A stretch of 35,480 nt of DNA from Candidatus Eiseniibacteriota bacterium (GTDB taxonomy: Bacteria > Eisenbacteria > RBG-16-71-46): positions 1 to 35,480 of the forward strand of contig JANLWX010000126.1 in assembly GCA_031364845.1 (NCBI GenBank). Direction: 5' to 3'. The position numbers and the translations under genes are program-made. The notes under the pieces are model-generated. The model did not search any database. It saw only the letters and a program-made list of their open reading frames with translations, and was not told the DNA's origin. Below, piece after piece: positions 19,480 to 28,674 of the stretch (within the stretch, counting starts at the first letter, position 1; each line of letters begins with the position of its first letter).

Positions 19480-20070
19480 CTAGCGTTTCAGCAGCGATTG
19501 CGTGATGCGGTCGGTGATCTTCTTGTCGAGTGGATCCGTCGCGGGATCGAACCGCGCGACCACGTGTCCGTCAGGTGCGACCAGGAATTTGGTGAAGTTC
19601 CACGAGACGTCTCCTGGCCGGCTGGAACCCCGTGTAAGATACGCATAGAGCGGCGCAATGTCCTTGCCCTTCACGCTGATCCTCGCGAAAAGGGGGAAGG
19701 TGGTCCGGAACTCCAGGCTGCAGAACTCCTTGATTTCGGCGTTCGTTCCCGGCTCCTGCCCCATGAAGTTGTTGGCCGGGAACGCCAGGACCTCGAAGCC
19801 ACGCTCCCGGTACCGTTGATAGAGCGCTTCGAGCGACTTGTACTGAGATGTGAAGCCGCAACGCGAGGCGGTGTTGACGATCAGCAGCACTTTGCCGCGG
19901 TAGTCCGCCAGCGACTTCGATTCGCCGTCGATGTTGGTGACCGTGAAGTCGTGCACGCGGTGCTTCACCGCCGGGTCCCCATTCCTGGCTGCTGCGAAGG
20001 ACTCCCGCACCGCAACGGCCGCGAGCGCGAGCAGTGCCATCACAGGAGCGAACCGAAGTACGCGTTGCAT
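19480..20070 (-). CDS. gpx: Glutathione peroxidase family protein (Cys-type) with signal peptide
   Basis: VNTASRCGFTSQY, FPANNFMGQEPG, WNFTKFLV; N-terminal hydrophobic segment ending SFA-A. Confidence 0.93.
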   Translation of the reverse strand: MQRVLRFAPVMALLALAAVAVRESFAAARNGDPAVKHRVHDFTVTNIDGESKSLADYRGKVLLIVNTASRCGFTSQYKSLEALYQRYRERGFEVLAFPANNFMGQEPGTNAEIKEFCSLEFRTTFPLFARISVKGKDIAPLYAYLTRGSSRPGDVSWNFTKFLVAPDGHVVARFDPATDPLDKKITDRITQSLLKR

Positions 20071-20230
20071 GTTTCGATCTCCTCGCGAGGGTGCGGCTCA
20101 GTTGTTGACGATGATCTGATTCCGGCCAGCGGTGTGGGCTGCGGCGGCACGAGCCGGGAGGAGCTCACCGTTGGATCGCCTGCGACATCGAAGCGCTTCG
20201 ATGCCCTCGCGAGCCAATAAGGTTCATGTT

Positions 20231-20263
20231 TTGAATAATTCTTGAATAGATATTGACTCAGGC
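20231..20263. promoter_or_regulatory. Three tandem 11-bp direct repeats, candidate CarH/LitR-type operator
   Basis: TTGAATAATTC / TTGAATAGATA / TTGACTCAGGC at 20231, 20242, 20253 in an AT-rich patch of the divergent intergenic region. Confidence 0.65.
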
Positions 20264-20354
20264 GGCCGATACCGACATCGTGAGAACCGGGGCATCGAGT
20301 ATCATGGCAGACTCTCGACGACCGGCCCGCACAGTCAGGAAGGACACGTTTGGA

Positions 20355-21326
20355 ATGCCACGCAAGCCGAAACGCTCGCCGACATCGGAGGTTCACGATC
20401 CCGGGCTGTTGACGATCGGGGCGTTGGCCAGGGCAACAAGCATCCCGGTTCCCACCTTGCGAACCTGGGAACGGCGTTACCAGTCACCGGTACCCACCCG
20501 CAAACCCTCGGGCCACCGGCTCTACCCGGTCAGTCTGGTTGCGCGCCTGCGCAAAGTTGCGCGGCTTCTGAATCATGGGCACCGGCCCGGTGAAATCTTG
20601 CAATTGGCCCCGGAAGAACTGGACTCGCTGCTGGCGCTCTCGGGTCCGACGGCTGAACGCAGCGCATCCCAGAACATGGTCGCGGCCGACGCCGTCACGC
20701 CGGACATCGAGTTGGGCGAGATGCTGCAGTCCGTGAGGGAGTTCGATCGCGACGCGCTGATGGGCAACTTCAGGCGCACGTGGATCCACCTCGGTCCCCT
20801 GCAATTCCTGAAGCAGTGCGCAGCACCTTTGATGGACGAAGTGGGATCCGCCTGGCACAGCGGCCGGCTCGAGATCCGCCACGAGCACTTCGCCACCGCG
20901 TGCCTGTCGGGTTTCCTGCTCGAGGCGCGAGAACCCTTCGATCGGCAGGCGCGAGGACCGCGCGTGGTCGCTGCCATGCTGCCCGCTGACGCACATGAAG
21001 GCGGTCTGCTCATGGCCAGCGTGATCCTGGCGATGCGTGGTTGCCGGCTCCTGTATCTGGGACTCGAAACTCCCGTGGACGAGATCGTGACCGCGGCCCG
21101 CGATGGCGGGGCTCGCGCCGTCGCGATCAGCATTTCCGCAACCGCGCCGCGCAGCCCGGCGCGCAAGTCCATCGCGGCGCTTCGGGATGCGCTGCCTCGC
21201 CGCATCGCACTGTGGGTGGGAGGCGCCGGCGCACCGAAGCCTCCGAAAGGGGTCACGCGCTTCGACAGTCTCGAGAGGCTGGATGCCGCACTCACCGCCT
21301 GGCGCGAGACCGTATCGCCGGGGTGA
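20355..21326 (+). CDS. MerR-family regulator with cobalamin-binding domains (CarH/LitR-like)
   Basis: MerR HTH (LTIGALA..TLRTWERRY..GHRLY); W-x9-EH (WHSGRLEIRHEH); DAHEGG, YLG, AISIS, VGG; AGGAAGGA before ATG 20355. Confidence 0.9.
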   Translation: MPRKPKRSPTSEVHDPGLLTIGALARATSIPVPTLRTWERRYQSPVPTRKPSGHRLYPVSLVARLRKVARLLNHGHRPGEILQLAPEELDSLLALSGPTAERSASQNMVAADAVTPDIELGEMLQSVREFDRDALMGNFRRTWIHLGPLQFLKQCAAPLMDEVGSAWHSGRLEIRHEHFATACLSGFLLEAREPFDRQARGPRVVAAMLPADAHEGGLLMASVILAMRGCRLLYLGLETPVDEIVTAARDGGARAVAISISATAPRSPARKSIAALRDALPRRIALWVGGAGAPKPPKGVTRFDSLERLDAALTAWRETVSPG

Positions 21327-21429
21327 GACGTCTTGCGTCTGGTCCCGGCGATCTCCGCACTCGGAGCGACCATTGGCGATTGGACCCGTCGTTCTCGATC
21401 GCCACGGTCCACTCGCCTACACTTCCTCG

Positions 21430-24400
21430 ATGCTCATCCGTTTCTTGTGGATCTATTCCTGGCTCGTGCTGGCTCCGGCCCTTGCGGGAGAGGCTCGTGC
21501 GGCCGATGTATCCCCGCCGAACGTCCATCCGCACAAGCTCGTTCTCGAGCTGTCCCCAGGCACTCCGCGCCCTGGCCACGGTCACGTGGAGCGGCCGAAC
21601 GCCCGGCCCGAGCGTTTGTCCTCGAGCGGAATAGCGGCCCTCGATGCTGTCCACGCGCGCTACCAGCCTTTGGTCTTCGAGCCGCTCTTCCCGACTGCCG
21701 TCCCGCCACCGTTCGGATCGGACGACGAAGACCTCACACGCTTCTATGTCATCGAGCTGCCAGCCACAGCGATTCTGTCCGACGCACTCGCCGACTACGC
21801 CGCCGTGCCCGGCGTCGCGAGCGCCGAACCGGTGCCCGTCGCGGGGCTCTCCTACGTGCCGAACGATCCGCGGGTCGCCGACCAATGGCAGCTCGGCCAG
21901 CCCAATGATCGCGACAGCGACGTCTTCGAAGCATGGGATCTGGTGCGGGGCGACTCGTCGATTGTCATCGCGATCCTCGATACCGGTGTGCTCTACAGCC
22001 ACGAAGACATGGGAGGCAGCGCGCCGCCCTACACCGACGGCAACATCGCGCACAATTGGATCGAGATGGGTGGAGTTGCGGGCGTGGACGACGACGCCAA
22101 CGGCTTCGTCGACGACTTCCGCGGCTGGGACTTCGTCACGGCAGGGGCCGGCGTTCCCGGCGAGGACGTGAGCGGCGCGGACAACAATCCGATCGACTTC
22201 GCCGGGCACGGGACGTACTGCGCCGGCATGGCGAGCGCGCGCACTGACAACGGAGTCGGCATTGCCGGCACCGGTTTTCGCGCGCGCATCCTTCCACTGC
22301 GCATCGGCTACAAAGACGCGGCAAGCAGTCCCGGCCAGATCGACATGAGTTGGGCAGCACAGGCCATCGTCTATGCGGCGAACAACGGCGCTCACGTCAT
22401 CAACTGCTCGTGGGAGAGTTACTCGCTCTCGGCATTGGGTTCCGCCGTGACCTACGCCTTGAGCCGCGGCGTCACGATCGTGGTCGCCGCCGGCAACGCG
22501 AACACCGAGACGCCGAGCCAGAACTACCTGGCCTCGCGAGGAGACTGCATCGATGTCGGAGCGATCGACAGCAACGACGTGCGCGCCGGCTTCTCCAACT
22601 TCGGAACGTGGGTCGATGTCTCAGCCGCCGGACTCTCGGTCACGAGCACCTGGGGAGGCGCATCGGTGGCGAGCTACCTCACGAGTTCGGGCACATCGGT
22701 CGCGGCACCATTCGTCGCGGGGGCGGTCGGTCTTTACCAGGCGTACCGCAAGAGCCTGGGGCTGCCGCTCGCGACCCCGACCGAGAATCGCCTGCGCGTC
22801 CGCGACACGGGCGACAACATCGACGCGCTGAACCCGAGCTACGCCGGGCGGATGGGCACGCGCGTCAACGTGCACCGGCTGCTCACCGATCCGTACACAT
22901 TGTCGTGGGAGAACGTGGGCACGGGCGGCTTCACGACATCGCCCGCGATCGCCGATCTCGACGGCGATGGCCAGGCGGAAGTCATCATCGGCGGAAGTGA
23001 TCAGCGCGTGATCGCGGTCACCGGCGCCCAGGGCGACACGCTGCCCGGCTTCCCCGTATTGCTCACCGGCGCGATCTACTCGAACCCGGCGACCTGGGAT
23101 GTCGACCTCGACGGCTTGCCGGAAATTCTGGTCGGCACGACCGAAGGACTTCTGTATGCGATCAAGGGCAACGGCACGATGGCCCCTGGATATCCGATCG
23201 TTCTCTCGGGCGACTTGCGAGCGGGCCCCGCGATTGCCGACATCGATCGCGCGCATCCCGGCCTCGAGTTGGCGATCGGCTCGTCGGATGGAAAACTCTG
23301 GGTGCTCGACCGCACCGGAGCGATTCGCCCGGGCTGGCCACAACAGGCTCGCAGCGGCATCTACGCCGTTCCCGCGTTGCATGACTTCGATGGCGATGGC
23401 GGGGCCGAAGTCGTCGTCGGCTCACTCGATTCGACGCTTTACGGATTCCATGGCGACGGAACTCCGATGGCGGGCTGGCCCATCACGCTGCCGAATCGGA
23501 TCGAGTCCTCGGCGGCGATCGGGGATGTGGACCACGATGGCGCGGCCGACATCATCGTCGGCTGCAACGATCAGAACGTGTACGGCTTGAGATCGAATGG
23601 AACGCCTATGACGGGCTGGCCCGTGTCGGTGATGGGCGCAGCACGCTCGTCGCCCGCACTCGCGGACCTGGCGGGGAATGACGGCCTGCTCGAAGTCGCC
23701 ATCGCCTCCGACGGCATGAGGCTTTACGTGATCGATGGCGGCGGGAACGTCGTCGCGGGCTGGCCGGTAACCCTCGGTGGCCGGGTGTCGGGTGGCGTGA
23801 TCGTTGCGGACGTGGACGGGGACGGTGCACTCGAAGTCCTGGCCGGCACCACCGACAAGAAGCTCAACGTGTATTCGGAGTCGGGCCAATCGAAGCCGGG
23901 TTGGCCGCGACTCTACGATGGAGTGATCTCGGGCACGCCCTCGGTGGGCGATCCCGATGTGGACGATCGCACCGAGATCATCTTCGGCACGAGTACGCGG
24001 ACGCTGCGCGCCGTCGACATGGGAGCCGGATCGTGGAGCTCATCACCCGCGCCGTGGCCGACGTTGCACCGCGACTACTTCCGACGGGGAAGTACGTCTG
24101 CCTTGGTTGTCGGAGTGCCTGTCGATGACGGAATGGCGGGCGTACGCACGCTTGCGTTTCATGCGCAGCCCAACCCATCCGTGGCGCCGATTCGGTTTGT
24201 CCTCCGCCGTCCGGGTTCGACGCCCGTCGATGAGGCACGCGGCAGCGACGGCGTGCGGATCTATTCGGTCACGGGACAGAAGGTGCGCGATCTGCCGATC
24301 ACGTCGAGCCCGGGCAACGATCTGGTGCTGAACTGGGACGGAACCGACGAGCAGGGGCGGAGAGTAGCGACCGGACTCTATTTCGCCCACGCGCGCTGGC

Positions 24401-24441
24401 GTGGAGTGGAGGCGCGGCTGCGCCTCGTGCGCCTGCGCTAG
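21430..24441 (+). CDS. Secreted S8 subtilisin-like serine peptidase with FG-GAP repeats and FlgD-Ig/T9SS-like C-terminus
   Basis: Signal peptide; ILDTG, GHGT, AAGN, GTSVAAP; repeated SPAIADLDGDG..GWP units; PNP..IYSVTGQKVR..WDGTDEQG..GLYF. Confidence 0.93.
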   Translation: MLIRFLWIYSWLVLAPALAGEARAADVSPPNVHPHKLVLELSPGTPRPGHGHVERPNARPERLSSSGIAALDAVHARYQPLVFEPLFPTAVPPPFGSDDEDLTRFYVIELPATAILSDALADYAAVPGVASAEPVPVAGLSYVPNDPRVADQWQLGQPNDRDSDVFEAWDLVRGDSSIVIAILDTGVLYSHEDMGGSAPPYTDGNIAHNWIEMGGVAGVDDDANGFVDDFRGWDFVTAGAGVPGEDVSGADNNPIDFAGHGTYCAGMASARTDNGVGIAGTGFRARILPLRIGYKDAASSPGQIDMSWAAQAIVYAANNGAHVINCSWESYSLSALGSAVTYALSRGVTIVVAAGNANTETPSQNYLASRGDCIDVGAIDSNDVRAGFSNFGTWVDVSAAGLSVTSTWGGASVASYLTSSGTSVAAPFVAGAVGLYQAYRKSLGLPLATPTENRLRVRDTGDNIDALNPSYAGRMGTRVNVHRLLTDPYTLSWENVGTGGFTTSPAIADLDGDGQAEVIIGGSDQRVIAVTGAQGDTLPGFPVLLTGAIYSNPATWDVDLDGLPEILVGTTEGLLYAIKGNGTMAPGYPIVLSGDLRAGPAIADIDRAHPGLELAIGSSDGKLWVLDRTGAIRPGWPQQARSGIYAVPALHDFDGDGGAEVVVGSLDSTLYGFHGDGTPMAGWPITLPNRIESSAAIGDVDHDGAADIIVGCNDQNVYGLRSNGTPMTGWPVSVMGAARSSPALADLAGNDGLLEVAIASDGMRLYVIDGGGNVVAGWPVTLGGRVSGGVIVADVDGDGALEVLAGTTDKKLNVYSESGQSKPGWPRLYDGVISGTPSVGDPDVDDRTEIIFGTSTRTLRAVDMGAGSWSSSPAPWPTLHRDYFRRGSTSALVVGVPVDDGMAGVRTLAFHAQPNPSVAPIRFVLRRPGSTPVDEARGSDGVRIYSVTGQKVRDLPITSSPGNDLVLNWDGTDEQGRRVATGLYFAHARWRGVEARLRLVRLR

Positions 24442-24536
24442 ATTCCAGTCAGAGTCGCGATGTCGAGATCCCGACCGCCGTGATCGGCCGACGCACTCGA
24501 TGCCGCCCGGGCGCATCGAGGAGTATGCTCGCCGCC

Positions 24537-25520
24537 ATGAACCCGACTCCCAGTGCATTCAAAGTCGCCGCGGTCCAGGACGCCCCGGTATTCCTCGATC
24601 GAGATGCAACCGTCGCCAAGGCCTGCGATTGGATCGCTCGCGCCGCTGCGGAAGGCGCCCAGCTCGTCGTGTTCCCCGAAGCGTTCGTTCCCGCATACCC
24701 CGACTGGCTGTGGTCGGTGCCCGCGCGCGAGCGGGCGATGCTCAACGAGCTCTATGCCGAGCTTCTCGAACAGAGCATCGACGTCCCCGGACCGGCAACC
24801 GACGTGCTCGGCCAGGCGGCTCAGCGCGCCGGCGTGCACGTGGTGATCGGGGTCAACGAGCGCAATGCCGAAGCGAGCGGCTCGACCCTCTACAATACGC
24901 TGCTGCTCTTCGGCCCCGACGGTCGCCTGCTCGGCAAGCACCGCAAGCTGGTTCCGACCGCATGCGAGCGGATGGTGTGGGCGGCGGGAGATGGCAGCAC
25001 GTTTCAGGTGTTCGACACCGCGCTCGGCAAGATCGCCGGCCTGATCTGCTGGGAGAACTACATGCCGCTGGCCCGCTACGCGGCGTACGCTTGGGGCACG
25101 CAGATCTACGTCGCCGCCACGTGGGATCGCGGCGATCCATGGCTCGCGACCCTGCGCCACATCGCGCGCGAAGGTCGCGTGTTCGTGATCGGGTGCTGTC
25201 AGGCGATACGCCGCGACGACATTCCGGATCGGTACGACTTCAAGAACCGCTATCCCCAAGATCGTGAGTGGATCAACGCCGGCGACAGCGCGATCGTCGG
25301 TCCCGATGGACGATGGATCACGGAACCGCTGCACGAGGTGCAGGGACTCGTGATGGGAGAGATCGACATTCGCGAGGCGCTCGGGTCACGCTGGATGTTC
25401 GACGCCGCCGGCCACTACGCGCGGCCGGATGTGTTCGAACTCACCGTCAATCGCGGCGCGCACCCGATGGTGCGGACGATCGAGCGGGAGGAAGCGCCGG
25501 ACGATGGCGATCCGGTATGA
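24537..25520 (+). CDS. Nitrilase (carbon-nitrogen hydrolase family)
   Basis: Glu-Lys-Cys triad motifs FPEA, HRKLVPT, ICWENYMPLAR; GHYARPDVF. Start 24525 or 24537. Confidence 0.93.
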   Translation: MNPTPSAFKVAAVQDAPVFLDRDATVAKACDWIARAAAEGAQLVVFPEAFVPAYPDWLWSVPARERAMLNELYAELLEQSIDVPGPATDVLGQAAQRAGVHVVIGVNERNAEASGSTLYNTLLLFGPDGRLLGKHRKLVPTACERMVWAAGDGSTFQVFDTALGKIAGLICWENYMPLARYAAYAWGTQIYVAATWDRGDPWLATLRHIAREGRVFVIGCCQAIRRDDIPDRYDFKNRYPQDREWINAGDSAIVGPDGRWITEPLHEVQGLVMGEIDIREALGSRWMFDAAGHYARPDVFELTVNRGAHPMVRTIEREEAPDDGDPV

Positions 25521-25628
25521 CAGAAGAGCTTACGGCACTCGCTCGGACAGTGAACGTGCTCGCTGGGCATGCGCGATACGCTCGGAACCACGAAGCTGGC
25601 GTGGAGGCGTGGAGGAGCGTGCGCTGAA

Positions 25629-27182
25629 TCATTGCGTCATCACGAGTTTGCGAATCGCATGTCCGCCCCGCCATTCCATGCGCACGAAGTAGACCCCTGA
25701 GCGTCCTTCGGGGGATACGCTCGATGCACTCAAAGTCGCTTCGAACCTTCCTGCCACAAACTCTCGCTCCGCAATCACGGCCACCCTCCGTCCCTGGAGG
25801 TCGTAGACGCTTACGCCCACTCTGGAGTATTGAGGGATGGAGAACGCGACGCGCACATCCCCTCGACTCGGATTCGGTGATAGAGACAGGAGTGCGAAGC
25901 GAGAGCTGACCGGAAGCTGCAACTTCGGGCCGTATGTCCCGTCGCCATCACCGAGGAGTACCGCCACGATTCCCGGAGAACGACCATTGCACGAGACTGC
26001 AAGATCCGGCCGCGCGTCTCCATTGAAGTCTTCGATTGCGACCCCGAGGGGCTCGAGTCCCGTGAGATAGCGGCTATGGGCCCCGAACGTTCCGTCACCG
26101 TTGCCGAGAAGTACGGACACTGAGGATTCGCCGGCGTTGGCAGTGACGATATCCCGATTGCCATCGGCGTTCAGATCGCCAATCGCCATGAACCACGGAA
26201 TGGAACCGGTCCGATAACGGCCGCTTGCCACGAACCCACCTTCTCCCAGTCTCGCGAAGATCGTGACGGAGTCGGTTGTGGCCACGGCCAGCTCCGAGCG
26301 CCCGTCCCCGTTCAGATCGGCGATCGCAACCGCTTTGGGATACCACCCCGTGTACAAGTCGATTCTCGATGTGAACGTGCCATCTCCGACGCCGAGGAAG
26401 GTCGAAACGGTGGTGTCCGCGTAAGCCGTAGCAGCGAGGTCGGGGATCCCGTCGTCATTCAAGTCTCCGATCGCGATACATTTCGGAACACCGCCGGTCA
26501 GGAACTCGACCTCCGGTGTGAACGCACCATCGCCCACTCCCAGGAGCACGGTGATCGAGTTGGCGTTCCAATTGCCGACAACGAGGTCGGGCTTCTCGTC
26601 ACGATTCAGATCGCCGATCGTCACCCAGTAGGGCTCACTTCCAGTCGGATAGTCGACTTTGGGTTGGAGGGTTCCATCTCCATTCCCCAGGAGCACCGAA
26701 ACGAAGCCCGTCGGCGCACGTCTCGCACCATAGTTCGCCACCACGACGTCCGGCTTGCCATCAGCATTCAGATCTCCGATCGCGACCGTTGTCGAAGCAT
26801 CTCCGGTCCGGTAGTCACGCTTCGGAGCGAACGTCCCATCTCCATTGGCGAGCAGCACTGAAACGCTGCCGAGATACGGCGGAGCATAGCCGCCATAATT
26901 CGAGACCACGAGGTCGGGCCTGCCATCCTGGTCCAGATCAGCGCTCGCGACCGAGGTTGGGTTCACTCCGGTCTCGAACGGAACGAAATGCGCGAGGTAG
27001 GAATCTATTGGGAGTTCGGCAAGTGCCCCATCGCGCAGGTCGGGCCACGGGAAGAATGCAGTCCGATGCTCGGCGGCCCGAGTCGCGACAGAAAGAGTCA
27101 GCATGGCCCCTGTGACACCGACCGTGCATGCTGCTCTCCAAAAATCCCGAGGTAGTCTCACTGTGGTGCGATCATAGTTCAC
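25629..27182 (-). CDS. FG-GAP/VCBS repeat protein with T9SS-like C-terminal domain
   Basis: About seven IGDLNxDGxPDL...SVLLGNGDGTF repeats; PNPSRG..VYDLQGRRV..SGVYFVR..KLV. Start uncertain (GTG 27182 or later). Confidence 0.88.
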   Translation of the reverse strand: MNYDRTTVRLPRDFWRAACTVGVTGAMLTLSVATRAAEHRTAFFPWPDLRDGALAELPIDSYLAHFVPFETGVNPTSVASADLDQDGRPDLVVSNYGGYAPPYLGSVSVLLANGDGTFAPKRDYRTGDASTTVAIGDLNADGKPDVVVANYGARRAPTGFVSVLLGNGDGTLQPKVDYPTGSEPYWVTIGDLNRDEKPDLVVGNWNANSITVLLGVGDGAFTPEVEFLTGGVPKCIAIGDLNDDGIPDLAATAYADTTVSTFLGVGDGTFTSRIDLYTGWYPKAVAIADLNGDGRSELAVATTDSVTIFARLGEGGFVASGRYRTGSIPWFMAIGDLNADGNRDIVTANAGESSVSVLLGNGDGTFGAHSRYLTGLEPLGVAIEDFNGDARPDLAVSCNGRSPGIVAVLLGDGDGTYGPKLQLPVSSRFALLSLSPNPSRGDVRVAFSIPQYSRVGVSVYDLQGRRVAVIAEREFVAGRFEATLSASSVSPEGRSGVYFVRMEWRGGHAIRKLVMTQ

Positions 27183-27301
27183 GAATGGCCAAAGACACCT
27201 ATGGGCAAACCGGGAGAAGGCTTTATCTTCCGTCCCGGCACTGGATCATGAGGCGGTTGAACGTTTCGATCGCCAGTGAGCGACAGAACGAGGAGGCAGC
27301 G

Positions 27302-27706
27302 ATGGCTCGTGTGACGGGGATCGGAGGCGTTTTCTTCAAATCGACGTCGGACAACAAGCGCCTCGCGGCCTGGTACCGGGACAACCTGGGCCTGGGCCTC
27401 GAAGATTGGGGCGGCGCAATCCTCAAGTGGCCGGAGGATCAGGCGGAAGACGGCGGTCTCACCGTGTGGCACGTCGCCGAGCCCGAGTCGAAGTGGTTCA
27501 GCCCGAGCAATTCGAGCTTCATGATCAACTACCGCGTCGACGACATGACCGCTCTGCTCGCGAAGCTCAAGAGCAACGGCGTGGAGATCATCAAGGGTCC
27601 CGATTCCGCAGAGAACGGCAAGTTCGCGTGGATCATGGATCCCGATGGCAACAAGGTCGAGCTGTGGGAGCCGAAGAACTGGGACGACAAGAATAAAGAG
27701 GGATGA
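27302..27706 (+). CDS. VOC/glyoxalase family protein
   Basis: GAGGAGG RBS; MARVTGIGGVFFK, MINYRVDD, GKFAWIMDPDGNKVELWEP. Confidence 0.92.
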   Translation: MARVTGIGGVFFKSTSDNKRLAAWYRDNLGLGLEDWGGAILKWPEDQAEDGGLTVWHVAEPESKWFSPSNSSFMINYRVDDMTALLAKLKSNGVEIIKGPDSAENGKFAWIMDPDGNKVELWEPKNWDDKNKEG

Positions 27707-27915
27707 TCGCCACGTCCGTGATTCCGCACTGCATTGCAGGGGACGTTCCGGCATGACCACCGAACGCAGAAACGCAATCGGACGGAGCACCTTCCTGTTG
27801 TCGGTCGGAAGCGTGGCCGCATCGCAGATGTTGGGAGGCGCGGGCGCGGCAAAGACGCGTCCTGGGTCCGCCCGGGGCACGCTCAGCGTGTGCTCCCAAG
27901 GAAGGCGATGAGGAT

Positions 27916-28674
27916 ATGTGCAGTCAGCGGGTACTTCTTGTCGGCGGCACCGGGCGCACGGGCCACCACGTGTCGCACCAGCTCCTCGAGCGCGGCATCA
28001 GCATTCGCGCCGTCGTTCGATCGCCCGGAACGCTCGCAGCCGGCGCCTCGGAACATCCAAACCTGACCGTGATCGACGCGAGCCTGCTGTCGCTGTCCGA
28101 TGATGATCTGCAGCGCCACCTTCGCGGCTGCGATGCGGTGATCTCGTGTCTCGGCCACGTCCTGAACTTCAAGGGCATCTTCGGACCGCCACGGGACCTC
28201 GTCACACGAGCGACATCACGGTTGTGTCGGGCGATTGAAGAGCTGCGGCCCCCAGCGCCGATCAAGTTCATTCTCATGAGCAGCGTGTCGGTCAATCGCG
28301 CCGGTGGCCGCGATACGCGACGCGGCCCCTTGGAGAGAGCATTTCTCCGATTGCTCTGCGGCGTGCTTCCCCCGGCAGCGGACAACCAGCAGGCCGCGGA
28401 CTTCCTCCAAGGCAAGGTGGGAGCGAGCCACCCGTTCGTGGAGTGGACAGCGGTCCGCCCGGACACTCTGCTACCCGGCGACATCACGGAGTATTCGCTG
28501 CACGACGGCCTCGTGAACGGCATCTTTGCTCCCGGCAGCACGAACATGGCCAATGTCGCGCACTTCATGTGCGAGTTGGTGACGAGCCCGAAGACATGGG
28601 CCGATTGGAAGGCCAACCTGCCCGTGATCGTCAACGCTGGCGCGACGACCGGGGCGACCGCGCGGCACGCCTGA
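27916..28674 (+). CDS. NAD(P)H-binding oxidoreductase (atypical SDR/flavin reductase-like)
   Basis: VLLVGGTGRTG, VVRS, DAVISCLG, MSS, WTAVRP. Confidence 0.88.
   Translation: MCSQRVLLVGGTGRTGHHVSHQLLERGISIRAVVRSPGTLAAGASEHPNLTVIDASLLSLSDDDLQRHLRGCDAVISCLGHVLNFKGIFGPPRDLVTRATSRLCRAIEELRPPAPIKFILMSSVSVNRAGGRDTRRGPLERAFLRLLCGVLPPAADNQQAADFLQGKVGASHPFVEWTAVRPDTLLPGDITEYSLHDGLVNGIFAPGSTNMANVAHFMCELVTSPKTWADWKANLPVIVNAGATTGATARHA

Noticed and set aside
19480..20070. Selenocysteine in the peroxidase
   Set aside because: The active site is a Cys codon in an uninterrupted frame.
20253..20354. ORF-track N-terminal extension of the regulator (and similar extensions at 1350, 9056, 17634, 18434, 19465, 21103, 28678)
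   Set aside because: Downstream starts are better supported by RBS, stop/start overlaps or signal peptides; TTG 20253 lies inside the repeat array.
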